This document shows positions 13,301 through 28,527 of a stretch of DNA of 64,000 nucleotides, in pieces. The DNA comes from Bispira polyomma. Lineage: Eukaryota. The DNA lies in assembly GCA_965649765.1 (NCBI GenBank), contig OZ287749.1, positions 72,540,001 to 72,604,000 of the forward strand, read 5' to 3'. The first letter of the stretch is position 1. The number at the start of each line of letters is the position of its first letter. Both the position numbers and the translations under genes were made by a program. The notes beneath the pieces are model-generated. The model was not told where the DNA came from, searched no databases, and worked only from the letters and a program-made list of their open reading frames with translations.

Positions 13301-16300
13301 TCCTTAATCATTTGTCACAAGAGAAGTTAAAAGGTCAGATCGATGTGATAATCAATGCACAGACAACCCCCACCTCTCCCTCCCTCCATTCCTCATCCAA
13401 AACCCCCTCACCACAACCCCTGACTAGTCAGCAGCATAATTAGAGAAATCTCCATCCATTTGTGGCAATTTATTTGGCACCTAAATAAGGCACCTGATTT
13501 AGAAGTATTAAAGGAATAACAGTTTGGTCACAGCTTGAAACCAGGCCCGGTATACTACACATAAACTCAATGTCTGACTAAACTCAAATGAAGGCTACAA
13601 ATGTGGAAGTTGCTGTTCATGATGGAAATAACCTATTCTTGTAGCCATTTATTTTAATAAAACTTTCGTCGCTGAATTCAAATATGTAGTCAGATATTAA
13701 TTAACTTTACTCTAGCCAAGGCTATAGGGCAGTTCAGATTTGATCTTGAGTCCAAGTTAAGCTTGTGTATACAGTCACATACCTTTACCTGTAATGGAAC
13801 TGGGGATGTCTTGGGTGGAGATCAGCTCCTATTCAGTGTGGCTTTCACACACAGACAGGGTGGTGCAGCTTCTTCCATTCTGCCTTTAAAAGATGCTTTG
13901 AGCCCCCCCATCCTTCTCTCCTCTGATTGCGTCTAATTAGTTGGAGGAGATGAGATAAACAGAATTATTATGTATTTGGCTAGTATTTCCATAAACACAG
14001 TATAAAATGTTGCTTTCTGTAGTGGAAATGTGTGGGGAAAAAACTACTGTTTTTGTAAGCAACTCTTCTTCAAATTGTTGGGTCTTGGACATTGCTTTTA
14101 ATGGATTTAAGTTATTTTAAGGCCATTTAAGACATTGCCATTTCCACCCAGGAGTCAATATGAATAATACATGTGTCTACTGGTATTCTATTAATTCCTT
14201 CATTTTAAAGGCTACTCTTTGTAGACCAATAACAGCAACCTTAGGCCAAACTCGAGCACTGACATTTTTCCCTCCAGAGTTTGTACCTCGGTGGCATTTA
14301 CACAGCTCTGAACTATTAAAGGTCTTTAATCTTCTAAACCAGTGCTTGAACAAATCTATATAATTCACCTTAGTTAAGGGGAGGGCTTTTCTTATACTAC
14401 GCGACATGGCATGTCACAAAAAAGAAAAAAAAAAAAATTATAAAAAAAGACGATAAGATTATAATAGGATTATATATACTACACACTACACAACACTTCA
14501 CGGCGATTTAACTTTAAGAAATTTCTAAAAAACGTTGTGTGTCCTTGCTTATATCAGTATTCATATGATGTTAAAATAAAGGATGAACTTAGTGGCTTTA
14601 GTCGGAGTCAAATTGGTGACCATCTGATAACCAGACAAACTTCCCAACCCGGAGTCGAACCAACTACCTATATTATTTCTGCACAGTTTTAGACCACCCT
14701 TGTAAATTATATATGTACATTTGAGTGAAATCTAAGACTTTGCAACCTTGCTATGCCCATGGACCATTGAATCACTGATTCTGCTGTTTTGCTTCAGAAG
14801 ATGCCTAGCATCAATAGAGCGTGTTAAAAATGGACAACAATAATAATAAATCTATGCAGCTGTTTTTAGTTAAATTCACAAACATACACATGGTAACCAT
14901 TATAAATACCCTTGACCCCAAATACAGGGTGGGATAAATGTGTGACTTAAGTGGCCAGTTAAACCTTAACTGTAGTTCCACCATTTTGTCTTGATGTCCA
15001 TTAAAGGCATCATTTGACAACAGAGTACATCTTAGCTTGCTGAGTTTTCTCTGGTGGAAGAAGCGGCTTGTCTCAAGGCTTTTTTGTGGATCCAATGAGT
15101 AGACCGCTGCGTGTTAACAAATGAGTGGGTTTAAAGGATACGCTCACCCAAGTGCCTTTTGTTTCCTCTCTGAATTGTACAAGCACCACGGTGAATTCTT
15201 AAAGACAACTTTTAAGGCACTTTGGGGATAGGTGGCATGGCATATTATCTATTAGTGAAATACATTGAACGACAACAGAAGTGATTATTACTGGGGCTGT
15301 TAATCAATTTGATGCAAGTTTTGTTTTAGGTGCTTTTTAGGGTCTAATCTTAGCTTCAGTGAACAATAATAATATCTGGGATGTATTTCTCCAAACATGT
15401 CAAGCTCAACTCAGACTCAGACTCAAATCTAAGGTCTCCCTGCCTTTTGCTGGTGTAAAGGCAGACAAAATATGACTGAATATTTGAATTCAGCACTGAA
15501 AGCTCTATTAAAATGAATGTTTACAAGTATAGGTTATTTCCATTTACAGTGAATAAAAGACAACCTTCACTTGAGCTCAGTCTGAGTTGACCTTGAATTT
15601 CTTTAGGGAATACAGATCCCGGAGTATTTTTAATGTCAGCATTAAATAAATTCTTTGTGACTAAAGATTAGAGGAGCTGTGTAGTACTACATACTTACAA
15701 ATGGCGTCACTTATTTTTGATGTATAAGAAATATACAATTGTGTCTTAAGCCAAGGAAAGTATAATATTTAGGGTGGAGGGTTGGGAAAAATATGTATGT
15801 TGCTTCTTTGACTTGCAACTTAATAATGGTAGATTTGTAAGAAAGGCGGGAAGAGCTATGCTATGAAGGAAGGTAATTGGTCGCTTAGCCTAAGTGTGCT
15901 GATGTCTAATTGGGGTAGCTAAGTAAACAATTTTAAGAGAGGGTTTACAGTAAGGTATGGAATTTTTGCCACTGACTTGTCATGCTATACTAACAGTGAC
16001 ATCAATAGTCCCAAGAACAAAATGTAAAAAACTTAAACATTGTGCTTAGCTTAGCAGCACCACGATTATGGAACAGTCGGTCAATCAAGTTGTGATGCTG
16101 CAACACGGTTTTAGAGTTTAAAAGGTAATAAAAAACTTACTTATTTTAACAAGTGTACAACGGTTAATTCTTTTAGTACCTTCCTATAAGTTTTAAAATT
16201 GTAAAGCGTTTACTAATAGGCGCTATATAAATATAGATGTAATATAAAAATGTAATGTAATATACCACAGTACAACTTTGTGTTTGCAAAATGCAAGTAA

Positions 16301-19300
16301 TTTGTACTATATTGGGATGTTGTTTTGGTTTCTGAATACAAGCAGACTATGCTTATTATTTTGGGTTAAGCTCAAATTTGTCTTATTAACTCTTTTCCTT
16401 GTTATTTCTGCAGTGAAGCAATACTAGACAAAAATTTTCCTTTCTTTAATTTACACAGTCTTAAAATTACTAGCTAACTTGAATTAGTGCCAAAATTACC
16501 AGCACCTTACTTTTTATATACAAACCTGGGAGTTAGAATTCCCTAAACAACTGCATCTGTTCTTCTACTTTTTAGACCAAAAGAGAATTTTAATGATTGA
16601 TGCATACAGGGTGGGCTATAAATTCCTTCGGGATGTAAATCTTATTGTCCTTTAATAATGACAAGCAAACAAAGTTAGGCACATCTCTTGGGAACAGTAA
16701 TGAATAGTTCTGGGAACAAAACAAGGGATTTTAGTCGTGAAAGGCACTTTGTCAACCCTTTTTCCTGTTCTTCAAAAAATGTAGTTTCCGGAGTTCAAAG
16801 TGAATTATGATGTCAAATGGAGACAGTTCTCAAGATTTAAATGCCCTTATAATAAAAAGAACAGTTTTTAAATAAATCTCCAGAAATGTTAAAAGTGGAA
16901 TTCTAATCTTAAACTTAAATGAAAAAAAGACGATCAAATAATTTTTTGACGAATGCATAGAAGGTTGCTGTACGAAAATGTTTTAGTTTAAACTTGCTAT
17001 AACATATATCATCATTGTGTTTGAAAATTATAACTTTCTAGTAAATAGTATCCTTGTATTGATACAGTCTAAAGATAACAATTGTAATATGTAATATTAT
17101 TATATATGTGTTAAGATAAAGTAAAAAAACAACAAAAATGCTAGAATTGGCACGAATTAGCAAATTGCAATAATCGACAATTGTAGGAAGAAAAATGCAA
17201 ATATATACTACATGAACATTTTAAACCATCAACACAGTGTAATCATGACCCATTCGTCTGCTTGTTTCGAGGCGTGATTACCAAGTTACACCTCGTTAAT
17301 AACAACACGAACAGTCAAAATCTCGTAATCACGGCTCGGAATTAGAAAGCTCCCAAAGTACTCCCAATCTGTGGTCTTGACCCAAAACACTGGGAAAATG
17401 GCTGCCAGTAAAGAGATTTGCTTGGCATTTTATTGTGACAGAGATTTTTCTCAAAGAAAAAATTCACGCCTCGTGTGTTTACAAACACACAAACGCTCAC
17501 CGTTGGTGATCACGAGCTCACCAGTGATAATTACCATACTCACGAGCGTGGTCGAACGCAGCATTAATTCACAAAGTGCTTGTTTGATATTTTTAAATGA
17601 TCTAATTGGAATTTTAGTACCATCAGATAATAGTTTTACCTAAAAACTGTGTCAGCACAGTTCTCTATATGATGGATATTACCTTGCGTAAACATTCATG
17701 GTTACTGGGTTTGTAAAACAAGTAGCCCCACAATTGATGTCAAGGTATCATTTGCAAAGTACATTCTGATTCAGGCTCTAGAGAAGAATAGTCCAACATA
17801 AGGAAATGGTTATTGATTAAAGAGTTCAGTCGCAAACCGTCATACATATCTTATGATGGAAAAGCGATAGGTTTTGAATTTTGCAAAAGCTAAATTGGCT
17901 TTCAAACTTTTGCCACTAAAATCAAACATATATAAAACAAAACTTCAAAGTCAGATTAAAATTAGTTACTAGATTATTTATAATTTTGCATAGGGTATGA
18001 ACAGCATTTGTTTATCTGTTTACGTAATATTTATACACTGCACAGAGATGTAAGTTGCAGCGAATGTTTTTTCGAGAATTTGCATTTTATCCATACCCAC
18101 CACCATCTTTCAGCTTGCTTTGTGATGCAGAGATTTTGAATACACCACATTTCCATATGGGGAAAAACTGTTTTGTTTACTAGTCTTAGTCCAGAGGGCA
18201 GACACTCACTCAGTGTAGCTCACTCCTTAATTTATTAGTTCCACTGACCTTAATTCAATACGGCTGTACGGCTGTACCAATAACACTTGAGGGAGAGAGT
18301 ACAAAAACAAACGAATGGAAATGGCAGATGGAGACCACCCTACAGTGGTGCCTTGGGTATACTACCACTTGGTACTCATGTGGCTACCCTTTGTGCAGTA
18401 TTTTGGTTTAAATGTTTCTATCCTCTGTTTTTGACTTGATTAATTATGGTACCTAAGAATTTGCCTTTTCTGGCCAAACCCAGAGCTATATTGATGCACT
18501 ATGCAAAGAGTAACATACCTTGAGTGGCATTTGAATGTTTATACCTTAAATTTAATAAAGCTATGCTTTCAGTGACAAGAAATATGACTTAGTAAGTGGT
18601 GAAACAAAGAAAACTACCTGCTCCATGTTTCAATTAACTTAATCCAAGGTCATTTGATGGGATTTAAAGCATCATTTCCAAAGAGATATGGCAATGTAAT
18701 TCTAAATGACGTCATTAGATTGGGGTAGTGGCATCGTGTTTAACTTAACACCAAGGGTATTTATAATTAGCTGTCCTAGAATGTGTGCTATTAATAGCTG
18801 TCAGAGCCATTAAATCCGTGTGAGGAAGACATCGCAGGTGTTCTCATTTGTGTATCATCCTCTGTTACATAAATGTAGACCCGGGAGTTGATTCAAGTGC
18901 TAAACTCTGCCTGGCTTTATATTAAGTTTTTATAGGTCGGACACATCTAACGTGATCATTAGCTGGAGCCGCCTGTTGACGGGTCTAAGATGAACCATGT
19001 AGGGGGTGTAGATTGATAAATAATAATAATGAAAACATATATCGCAGTTAATGTTATATTTATATCATATTTATGGTTAATATATTATGTTTTATAGGTG
19101 TACTGATAGAAGTTTATTTTATAAGAAAATAAAAGAATTAATTGATCTAGAAATACAATGTTTTACTTCTGGGATTCTCGTGTCTGGTAATGTGTCATAA
19201 CTGACCTTATTAGAAAATAGGTCAAATCACAAAGCGAAATGGTTATTACGAAAGCCCAGAATGGTACTCAAAACCGAAACAAACCCGCAAAAGTATATAT

Positions 19301-20576
19301 GTATTATAGACTTACATAAAGCAGCCTCCACCTGCATCCGACCAGCTTTTTGAAAGGCTATTTTTGTTCCAACTAAAACTATCTATTTGATGTATCACAA
19401 GTTTTAGTTTTGTGTGGATTTAAGGAAGAGGCAAATTTAAGCAGTGTAGATGGTCAAGGTTTTCTGTTTGGCACACCACCAGCTGTCAGCAAATCTACTG
19501 CCAACTTTTCCACATACATGCCAGGTACAAAAGATTCGGGCAAATGACTGCATAGATGGAAGGCAAGTGTTTTACCACTACAGTACTAAAGCACTCATCA
19601 CAGAATTTGGTCAGAATGTTAGAAATTGGTTTTTACACTTTGTATTAAGGTAACAACAAAGGAAAGAATATAACTACATGCAGATTGAGATTGATTTAAG
19701 TGTTAAGAGTTGCTTCGTAAAAAGGGGATTTATCTTTAAAAAATAAAAAAACAAAAACAAAAAAAAAGAAGAAAAAAAAAGTAGGTAATGCCAATAAAAT
19801 GACTAATTAGTAAGAATAGATGTCCAAGATTAGAAAACTGACAGTGACAAGGGTCATGTGGCAATCGAGAGAAAATTGGTGTGTTTGATAAGAGGTAATT
19901 TCTCAAACAAGATATAAAGGGTTACTAAGTTCTCATCTTGATATTGGCCCTAAACCAGATAAGCTAAAAGAAGCAGCAATAATGTTATAACTACTCCTTA
20001 TAAATATATGGATATATAAATCTGTACCAGACGAGGTAACCAGGGCATCAATATGGAGCATGGAAAACCTGGTTCACCAAATTTATAGCATTGTTTGTCT
20101 TCTGTATTGTAAGGTATATAATATATCTACAGATATATACGTCCAACTCACCCTCAAGTAGAGGTCCTTTAGTGTCTTGGGAAAACTGATAAGCACCAAG
20201 GGGGCAAACTGACAGAAAATCCATCCTCCGGAAGCAGATGAAACTAACAGCTTCCTGTAAAGAGCAGCCGAGCCCCTAATGAGTTAGCAACTGATGAACT
20301 TGACATTACAACCTCCCCCCCTTCAATGCTCAAGTTATTACACTTGTGGTTTTGGTCACAATCGTCGTCTATTAGTAGTAGTTGTGGTTTTTGCGTGGGT
20401 TTGTTTGGTATTAAGTAGGAGAATCCAAATTCTTGTACAGCAAATACACATGCTGAGAGATATATACATACCATACATTGGCGGTATGGTTCCTTTTCTA
20501 TTAAAATGAAAAATGGTTGATAGGATAGATTTTGAATGAATGCGCCTGATTTATGCCACATATCTTCTAAAGCACA

Positions 20577-20800
20577 ACATCATTGACAAAGTTGTTAAAA
20601 TGCAGTCCGTTTCCAATGCAAATTCGTGATCGGGGGGTTGATGTGGAGGAGAAAGAAATCTGTGGAGGGTCAGCAAGGGTGAAGAGATGGGTCTTAAGGT
20701 TACTTCTACAGCCAGTTTTCTGGAATCTCATATTGGTTTGTAGATAATTCCAAAGGGTTGGTGCTGCAACAGAGAAGGCATAGGATCCATCTATAAATTG
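20577..20800 (-). mobile_element. L2/CR1-type LINE 3' fragment (same family as 59597-59830 plus)
   Basis: Encodes AFSVAAPTLWN.L...LKTHLF; nucleotide match ggatcctatgccttc.ctgttgcagcaccaac with 59602. Confidence 0.8.
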
Positions 20801-23800
20801 CATGGAGGCTGACATATATTTGGGTTGATTTAAGAAGACAAAATCATCATAAATTCTCTATACTTGATTCGATATTTAAACTAATGTCTTACAGAAAAGA
20901 AAAGAACTATTTTCTTCCACTTTTTCACTGCTAAAATGTGCCAATAATTTGTTGCTGTTACATGTGTACAGTAAATGAAAAGTCTAGCAATATCGTTCAT
21001 TTTGGAAATTGGCCACTCAAGTAAGTGAGATCTATGGCATTTTGACAAAATAGATTTCTCAACTTACAACACTGACATCCAATGTCAGTGGGGTTTTGTT
21101 CCAGAATAAGGGTTTCAGTTCATAGCTCCACTTCTATTCTGGCACGACCTTGGGTGATTAGCTTAAGTCTAATGTGAGGGCTATTATCACTGATTGATCA
21201 GGAAGTCTCAGAAACACAAGCAACTTCTCTTACACAAAGCCGTGGGTGGACTCCAGATGGCCGTTCTAAAATGACATTGCCCTGCTTTTGATGTAAACAT
21301 TGTTGAGAAACAAGCCATTACAACAATCGGTCCTCAAGTGATTTAAAGCAGTGGTTGAGAAACTGCTCCACTACTGAGAATAATGTTTATCCATAATATA
21401 AATGATAAATTTATTGAATGTAAATGTATTAGAAAATGTACAATTGAGATAGTCCTGTTGTTTGACTATTGTTTATTTAATTGCATTTCTTGTTCCTTGT
21501 TTATTTTCTTTATATACTAATGTAGGCATGTATGAACATTTATAGATATTATATAAACAAATATATATAAATGTACTTGTTAGTATGTTATGTATTATAT
21601 ACATTATATGTGAAATTGAAGAACAAAAATATAAACCCAACAAAACAATGGTTCTCAGCTTAAGGGGATTTAATCTAGGGTTTCTTGGGGTTCAAGTTTA
21701 CTCGGTCAGTTAATCTATTACAATATTATCAAATTACTTTTTATGCTTTAGAGTCTATATTTAGCAATCTATATCAGTAATCGCTAGGTCTCACATTTAA
21801 GATCCAAACCATAATTGCTAAAGATCACTCAAGGTCATTCCTGAACAAGAGACTATGTATATTTGTTTCATCTATGAACATCACGAAGAGTGCCAAAATA
21901 ACCACGACTATTGCATGATTATGCCACAAATAGTCAATCCGTCATGATCCAGTGTGGTGCCATGATAGGTTTTCTCATAGCTCTTGCAGATCAAAGCTGA
22001 ATACTCATGAAGGTATACAATTATCCAAGGCTCACTGCGATTACTACAACCTATAATAGCCATGATTGCCAATTCAGGGTCATTTGGAGCTCTGATCTGT
22101 GAATGTTGGACAGACCCTAAAACATTTATTAGAAAATGAACCTTGCTTTGTTAACTCATTTATTAAACATATTTTCCATGCTAGAATTCAATTACTGGTT
22201 TTCTAAAAAACATGATATTTAAATACAACACAAGAAGCTTCTTGGATCCTCTAATCCCTGATGGTGGAGACAGAAAAGCTGATTCTGAACAATAACTTAA
22301 AGATCTGACAGCAAATGCCAATAGTAACCAAGACAACAGACAAGTGTGTGTAATGTAATCTTAGTTGCATTGGTTATTGTCATACTTTGATTACAATAGA
22401 AAACACATGAGACAGATACCACAGAAGCCTTTAAGTTTCCCTCTTGAAAAAGATGTCATACAAACGATGCCAAATGTAGTAAGAATTAGCTAGTTTTCTC
22501 CGAAAGAAATCAAATTTGGTTACTGAGGTGGATAATGGCCTGTTGGGGGAAAAGTCCTGTTAATCACTATCCATCATTCCAGAACTCCACAATAGTTACA
22601 TTGTACCTGTATTGTTTGTGGATTACAGTGTTGTGTGACTTAAGGACACAAAACCCATATAGAATGGGGGGCTTTCACCAGGGAGAAAGAGATACATCAA
22701 AATCCAATGAATGTGATCTTGTCACACAAACCTCATTGAAGGAGAACATAATCCATCTTGAGTGCCCTGTTGATTCATTTCTGACATTATTGGTATTTTT
22801 TTCAACTCAAGGTTTAACATAACTTTCACTGTCATGTCTTGTGTACCATTACTTGTTTGAACAGAAAAGGTCAGCTAGACAGGATTTAAGTGATAGTCCT
22901 GATTTCAGTTTTAATATGAATATATTTTAAAACAGTTTATCAGTTAGATATTCCAATGTAGACTCAACACAGTATCTCGATTGGTCTAGAATCCAAGGCT
23001 ACCGATAAACTGTTTCCTTCACTACACACAAGAACATCCAACACACACCAGTAATTCTAACAATCTTATGCCTGAAAATACTGTAAATATGTCCAAAATG
23101 GCAGAAGACCACAATTTAAGGCGGTCACCAGAGTCCATAACTAACCCTGCCTAACCCACCTCTAACCGCTGTAGTCAAAGGTTCGAAGTTTGGACGTGGA
23201 ATATATGTGGGGAAGTTGTCAGTGGACCTGCTGAAGGCTGGTGGTTTGCATTTCAAAAATATTGACCTTTTAATCAACAGTAGCAATATGTTCTTGTAAA
23301 TTCATTCTTATTATTATAATTCATCCAAATACCAAGCTATAAAAACAGATACTATCAATTTGTCTAACAAAAAAGTGCATGAAACAAAAAACCAGTGGGC
23401 TATAAACTTCGAAGGCAAAGGAGGTGTTGTCAAATCTATTTCTGTAATATTTTTGTCATTCATAATACAGTTTTTAAATCTGAAACAAGTCCCTTTTATT
23501 TAATAAAATCCTTGTAAATTGATGTTGCATTCAGAAATTCTGTCACTTGTTAATTAAAGCTTTAATGTTTTATTTCTTTCAGTAGAGAATCATGATTGAT
23601 TCAGCCTAGATTATGATTTTCACCATTTGTATGTGGCACTTTAATACATGATGAGCAAGCAATTCAAAATAATACCACATGTATATTCTATATTTATTAC
23701 CTTCTACATCAAAAGTAATCTGTTTTGACAGTATTGCTTTTTGTTTGTTTCTTGACAATGCAGTGTTTTAGTAGGTAACTTTAGCTGCATGAAGTTAAAC

Positions 23801-25304
23801 GGTTAATCTTCGTGGAATTGGAAGAGGGTTTCAGATAATTGAAGTTAGTGATTCACCAATACCATGTTGTTCTGTGAATAAGGGGGTTTCAGATAATTGA
23901 AGTTGGTCATTCATCAATACCATGTTGTGCTTTCCTTTGCACTCCGAGTGCTCTATGAGATACTTTATGTTTTCATATTAACGAAAAGCCAAGGTTTTAG
24001 GCATAATGTGACTAATGCAGAAAATAATATTTGATACTTTAGACACTATTTGGTCCTGAAAATACATTCTTCTTATTTATAATCTATCCAAATACCAGGT
24101 AAAAATAAAAACAGATACTGTCGATTTTTCTGAGCAGGAAACAAAAATCGAGTAACTATTATTCAATCTCTTTGTGTCATAACTCTTTAATGTCATTTAT
24201 AACAAAATCTGAAACATGTAATTGTAAACAGTATGACAGTTTGATAAAAAAAAATCAAATGAACTATTAAGTGGAATAACTACATAAAATGATACCAAAC
24301 CAGGAATTGTAGTTCTTCACACAAAAAAATGAAGAGGTGTTTATTTTATCACAAGAAAACTAAAGAAGTTTTCACTTGCAACAGTAACAGAAACCCTGAA
24401 GACAAACCCAAATTAACCAAGCTGATTTAAAAAATAAACTTGTTACTGGTAAAAAGATGTTGACTTTGCATTTAAGGAAGGAATTGTTTCCAATGCAAAG
24501 ATTTAAGAACTAGACTTCAGTTTAATATATTTCCCACACTCTCCTAAATTCCATTGCTGGCATCAAGTCCTTAATGCAGTGAAATGTCACCTTATTGATG
24601 GGACAGTCTGGGATGTTATCAGCTTTGGGTAAAAGTGACATGGTCCCAGCAGGAGATACAGGCCATTACACTCCCAGCCAAAAATCAATGCATCTCCAGG
24701 GAAGTGGGAGATTTTTGGGGGTAATATACCTCTATTGTGAGCTGAATGTTAGATTTTACATCCCTTAAATAGGGGGTGGTGGGGTATTCTGCTTCAAACA
24801 ATGCCTTTATTTCAATGCTCATAAGTTTTCGACTTGACACTTAAAGCACATACTTAAAGTACATACTCTTTTCAATGCTTAATAATGTGACGTTTCTCAG
24901 GTTTCCCAGTTTCTGGGCCAATAGTTATGATCTTGTAAAAACAAAACTACTTCAGGCATTTTTTGGGGATAAACTACAAGAGAGAAAAATACCATCAAAC
25001 CCATTTTTCTTATATTCACATGCATACAATTTGACCTAATAATGCCATTTAAAGAATACACCACATAAAGATTACGGATTCGGCTTTAAGATGGGGTGAT
25101 ATTGCCATGGTATAAACTCGATACCCCAATTCACATCAAGACAAAAAATAAATAATCAATAATCTCTCTAGGGTCCTCAGATCTGGTTTCTACACACTTC
25201 CTCTGCTTACCATTGATCTTATAGTAAGATGTTCTAGAATGAATCCAAGTAAAAATTATCTACAAGGTTCTTTGACCTAAGGTTTCATGAATTTTTCTTT
25301 TTAC

Positions 25305-25478
25305 TTGGCCCAAGGAGGTTATATTTTGGCCGGTTTGTTTGTTTGTTTATCATCAGGATGACACAAACACCACTATCCATTAAAATTTTGAGTGGATTCA
25401 AAATATATTTTTTTTTCACTTTTTGGGCACGGTTGCACCTTGGCGGAGGTGTACACTCTACCGAGTGCCCTTCTAATT
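25305..25478 (+). mobile_element. Short non-autonomous Helentron/DINE-like element (relatives near 26370-26585, 59418-59530 minus, 60755-60958)
   Basis: ccaaggaggtta.. head, gttt microsatellite, sub-terminal ccttggcggaggt and 3' hairpin cactctaccgagtg followed by ttcta. Confidence 0.65.
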
Positions 25479-27236
25479 ATTCTATGTATTTGGATCTACC
25501 AGAAGATATGTACTTATTTTAAGTAACAATCATGTGTGACAATCGTGTGAATATTTACCAGTTAAGATGAGCAATACTTGCCAAAATAAATGAATTTCTG
25601 AACAAATCCTTTTTATAAGTTATTCCATGTAACCGATATATTGGTGAAACTGTTTTTCAGTGTGATTGGTTCTATTTTAAGATAGTAAATTACTAGTAAT
25701 AGCTTTTTTTATCAAGTGTGTTTTTAATGGCCTTTTAGGAAACCTTTGAGAGGACATGACTGTCAAGCTACATACTAGATACACAAAATGTGGTCACATC
25801 TATGTGTGTTATAGCCTTGGTCAATATAATTCAGTAAACATTTGTAAGATCATCTGACAATGGTTTTACATACAAAGATAATGGGATAAAGGATTCAGTC
25901 TGAGTTTCCTGAGATATATTTTTTTATAAAACTTCAAAGAAGGGGGGGGGGGGAGGGGGTCCTTCATAGTAGTGTTTACCCTCAATTTACTCAAATACCA
26001 CTTGGTGACTGCAAGTAATCATGGCTAAAAACCCTCTCTTTCTCTTTTTACTCTCTCTCTCTCTATGACGTCACAAACAGCTACAAATCAAAGATGACGG
26101 TCCTGTTGTCTGCTAGTCACGGACGTAACTAAAAATAAATCAGGCCATCAAAAAACAAGTACAGGTTGAAGGGGATTGGGCAGAGTAGTGTTTGGGGGTC
26201 AATTTGTACTAATTTAGGGATAAAGGCCCTTGGAGGATAACATTTGTGCTTTCACATGTATAAGGTGGGGGAAACTTGTGCTAGATTATTGCAATGTGTG
26301 AGAAACACTAGACAAGCTAGGCCCAAGCAAGGCTAAGGTGGCTTTATTACTTTGAATGTTTTTATTATTACCACCACCGAGAAGTGTTTTAGTTCATGTC
26401 CATTGGAATGTTTGTCTAAATGAATGCTGTTTAAATATATGAAATCTGGTTTAGAGATTGGTCAAGGACCAAGGGGAAATTCATTGTATGTTAGTATGTT
26501 GGAATGAATCTTCGTAAAATGGCACATATCACTTTTAGCCACCGTGACCCCTGGGTATGTGGAGGTATGTGCTCTATTGAGTTTTACATATTCTCTGGGA
26601 TGTTAGTTTATGACAGAAATGCAAATTAATACTTACAATTTTATTTAATATGTATGGTGCATACAAAGACAATGTCTTCTTATGAACCAGTAAGTGATAA
26701 GAACAATGCAAATTCTAATTTACAATAAGGTCAAACATGATACCGATGGTATACTCAAGTTTCGTATTAATTTATTAAGACTCAAGTTTCAATGGTGTGA
26801 ATACTTTGCAATTAATATGATTAATATGACCCAGAGTGGTTCCCATGTCAAGAATTAGAATTAAGTTGACATCATTTATTTATAATGTTAGAAAAATCCT
26901 GGCAGAAAATCCTGGTCTGGCTGGGTGCTTTCAATGTGTGCGGTGTAAAAGAAACCCAGCTGGCTCTGTATTAGTTATTGGTAAAACTAATTATCGACCG
27001 ACCTTAATCTAGCTTTAGGTACACGAGGTCAATAAAATACAATAACAGACTGGTTACATAATTATACTGCGCCAGGTGAAAGCTAATATTAGTAATATAA
27101 AATGATAAATGTCACTTGACAGAGAGCAATGTGCACTTTTGGTGCAGTATTTAACATTTACACATTGTCTAGCAGGTCCCGTATTACCCAAAGAAACTCA
27201 TGGTTATTATTCTACATAGGAATAACCATATAACCG

Positions 27237-27459
27237 TATATAAATGGCCTGCATACACCATACATGACTGTCTGTCGTTGTATATAAATGACCTGCATAC
27301 ACCATATATAACTGTCTGTCTTTGTATATAAATGGCCTGCATACACCATACATAACTGTCTGTCTTTGTATATAAATGTCCTGCATACACCATACATAAA
27401 TGTCTGTCTTTGTATACAAATGTCCTGCATGCACTACACATAACTGTCTATCTTTGTAT
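27237..27459. repeat. Minisatellite, 44 bp unit, about 5 copies
   Basis: Unit taaatggcctgcatacaccatacataactgtctgtctttgtata; ends about 11 nt before the exon 2 acceptor. Confidence 0.95.
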
Positions 27460-27470
27460 TGTGTCTACAG

Positions 27471-27529
27471 GTTTTAGTGCCCCAGTTGAAATCAAGGAGG
27501 AATCCAAAAGAAGAGAATCTACCAGAGAG
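27471..27529 (+). CDS. Host gene exon 2: (G)FSAPVEIKEESKRRESTRE
   Basis: Acceptor gtgtctacag, donor GAG|gtatgt; phase 1 in, phase 0 out; purine-rich open frame containing KRR. Confidence 0.75.
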
Positions 27530-27627
27530 GTATGTCAGTGTGTAATGTAGAAATAAGCTACAACTAAGTCATGCAATGTCATGAAATAATGCATGGCACT
27601 TCCGGTATATAATTGCACAAAGGCCTG

Positions 27628-27943
27628 TAAATTTGTAAATGTAAATTTGCATTTATAGAATGCTTTCTCTTAGTAGCTCAAAGCGCTGGAGACAGTTTAC
27701 ACCCCCCAAGTCTAGGTTCTTCCACTTTTCAACCAATTGTTCACTCTAAGTTCACGAATGGAGCATACTACCCATGCTGCGACATACGCTGCAGAGACTT
27801 ACACCCATTAGCAGCAAGGTCCCAATTTATACACCTGGATGGAGAGGGACAACCTTGTCCAAGGGTGCAATCTACAGGTCTGTAGCAAGGAGCAAACCTG
27901 GGACCCTTTGACTCAAAGTCGAACACTCTAACCACTAGGCCAC
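27628..27943 (-). mobile_element. tRNA-derived SINE with Nin/Deu-like core and LINE-derived tail
   Basis: Minus strand begins gtggcctagtggttagagtg (A box) ... caggtttgctcc (B box); core ctctccatccaggtgtataaat; tail agcgctttgagc..ctataaatgcaaattt. Confidence 0.8.
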
Positions 27944-28164
27944 AAAGACGACAAGTGGGATCTGAGTCCAATTATGCGGCTGTGTAAGGGATTGTTTTAA
28001 AACATTGCACAACCAGAAGCAGCTTATCTCAATTTTAAAATGACTGCACCATTAGTAGCTATTTTTAAAACTCATTACACAGGACATGCACAATTAGGAT
28101 AACCTGTTATATATATAAATGCGAAGTCATGTTAACCAGCCGGCGTCCATAAGATTGTTACAGT

Positions 28165-28527
28165 TACATCCATGCTGTCTCTCCGCAATCTCACCAGAAG
28201 CAATCGTCTCTCCACTTCTGGGTTCTTACCAAAAAAATCAGCTGGTTCAAAATTATTCTTAGTCGCAGCACCTGCTGAGTGGAATAGCCTCTCTACCAGT
28301 CTTTGGACTGAGACAAGCATCACAGGTTTCAGAAAAAAACTCCAAACACATCTGTATCAGCTCGCTTTCCCTACCTAGCATTCATTTCATAGTCACGGCT
28401 GAAACTCTGATCACGAACCTTTTTCCGTCTACCGGACTATGCTCTTGCACACTTACTAGGATATGCGCCACAGAGGATGCCTGGTCATCAATTGTGGCAC
28501 TATAGAAGTAAAAACATTAACATTAAA
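28165..28527 (+). mobile_element. L2/CR1-type LINE 3' end
   Basis: Encodes F.VAAPAEWNSL...FRKKLQTHLY..AF; tail gcactatagaagt followed by short aacatt repeats. Confidence 0.75.

Noticed and set aside
27184-27441. Three minus-strand ORFs with YAGHLYTKTD repeats
   Set aside because: Artefact of the 44-bp minisatellite.
27890-27943. tRNA-like heads of SINEs as real tRNA genes
   Set aside because: A and B boxes are present, but the cloverleaf is incomplete and each runs into a SINE core and tail.
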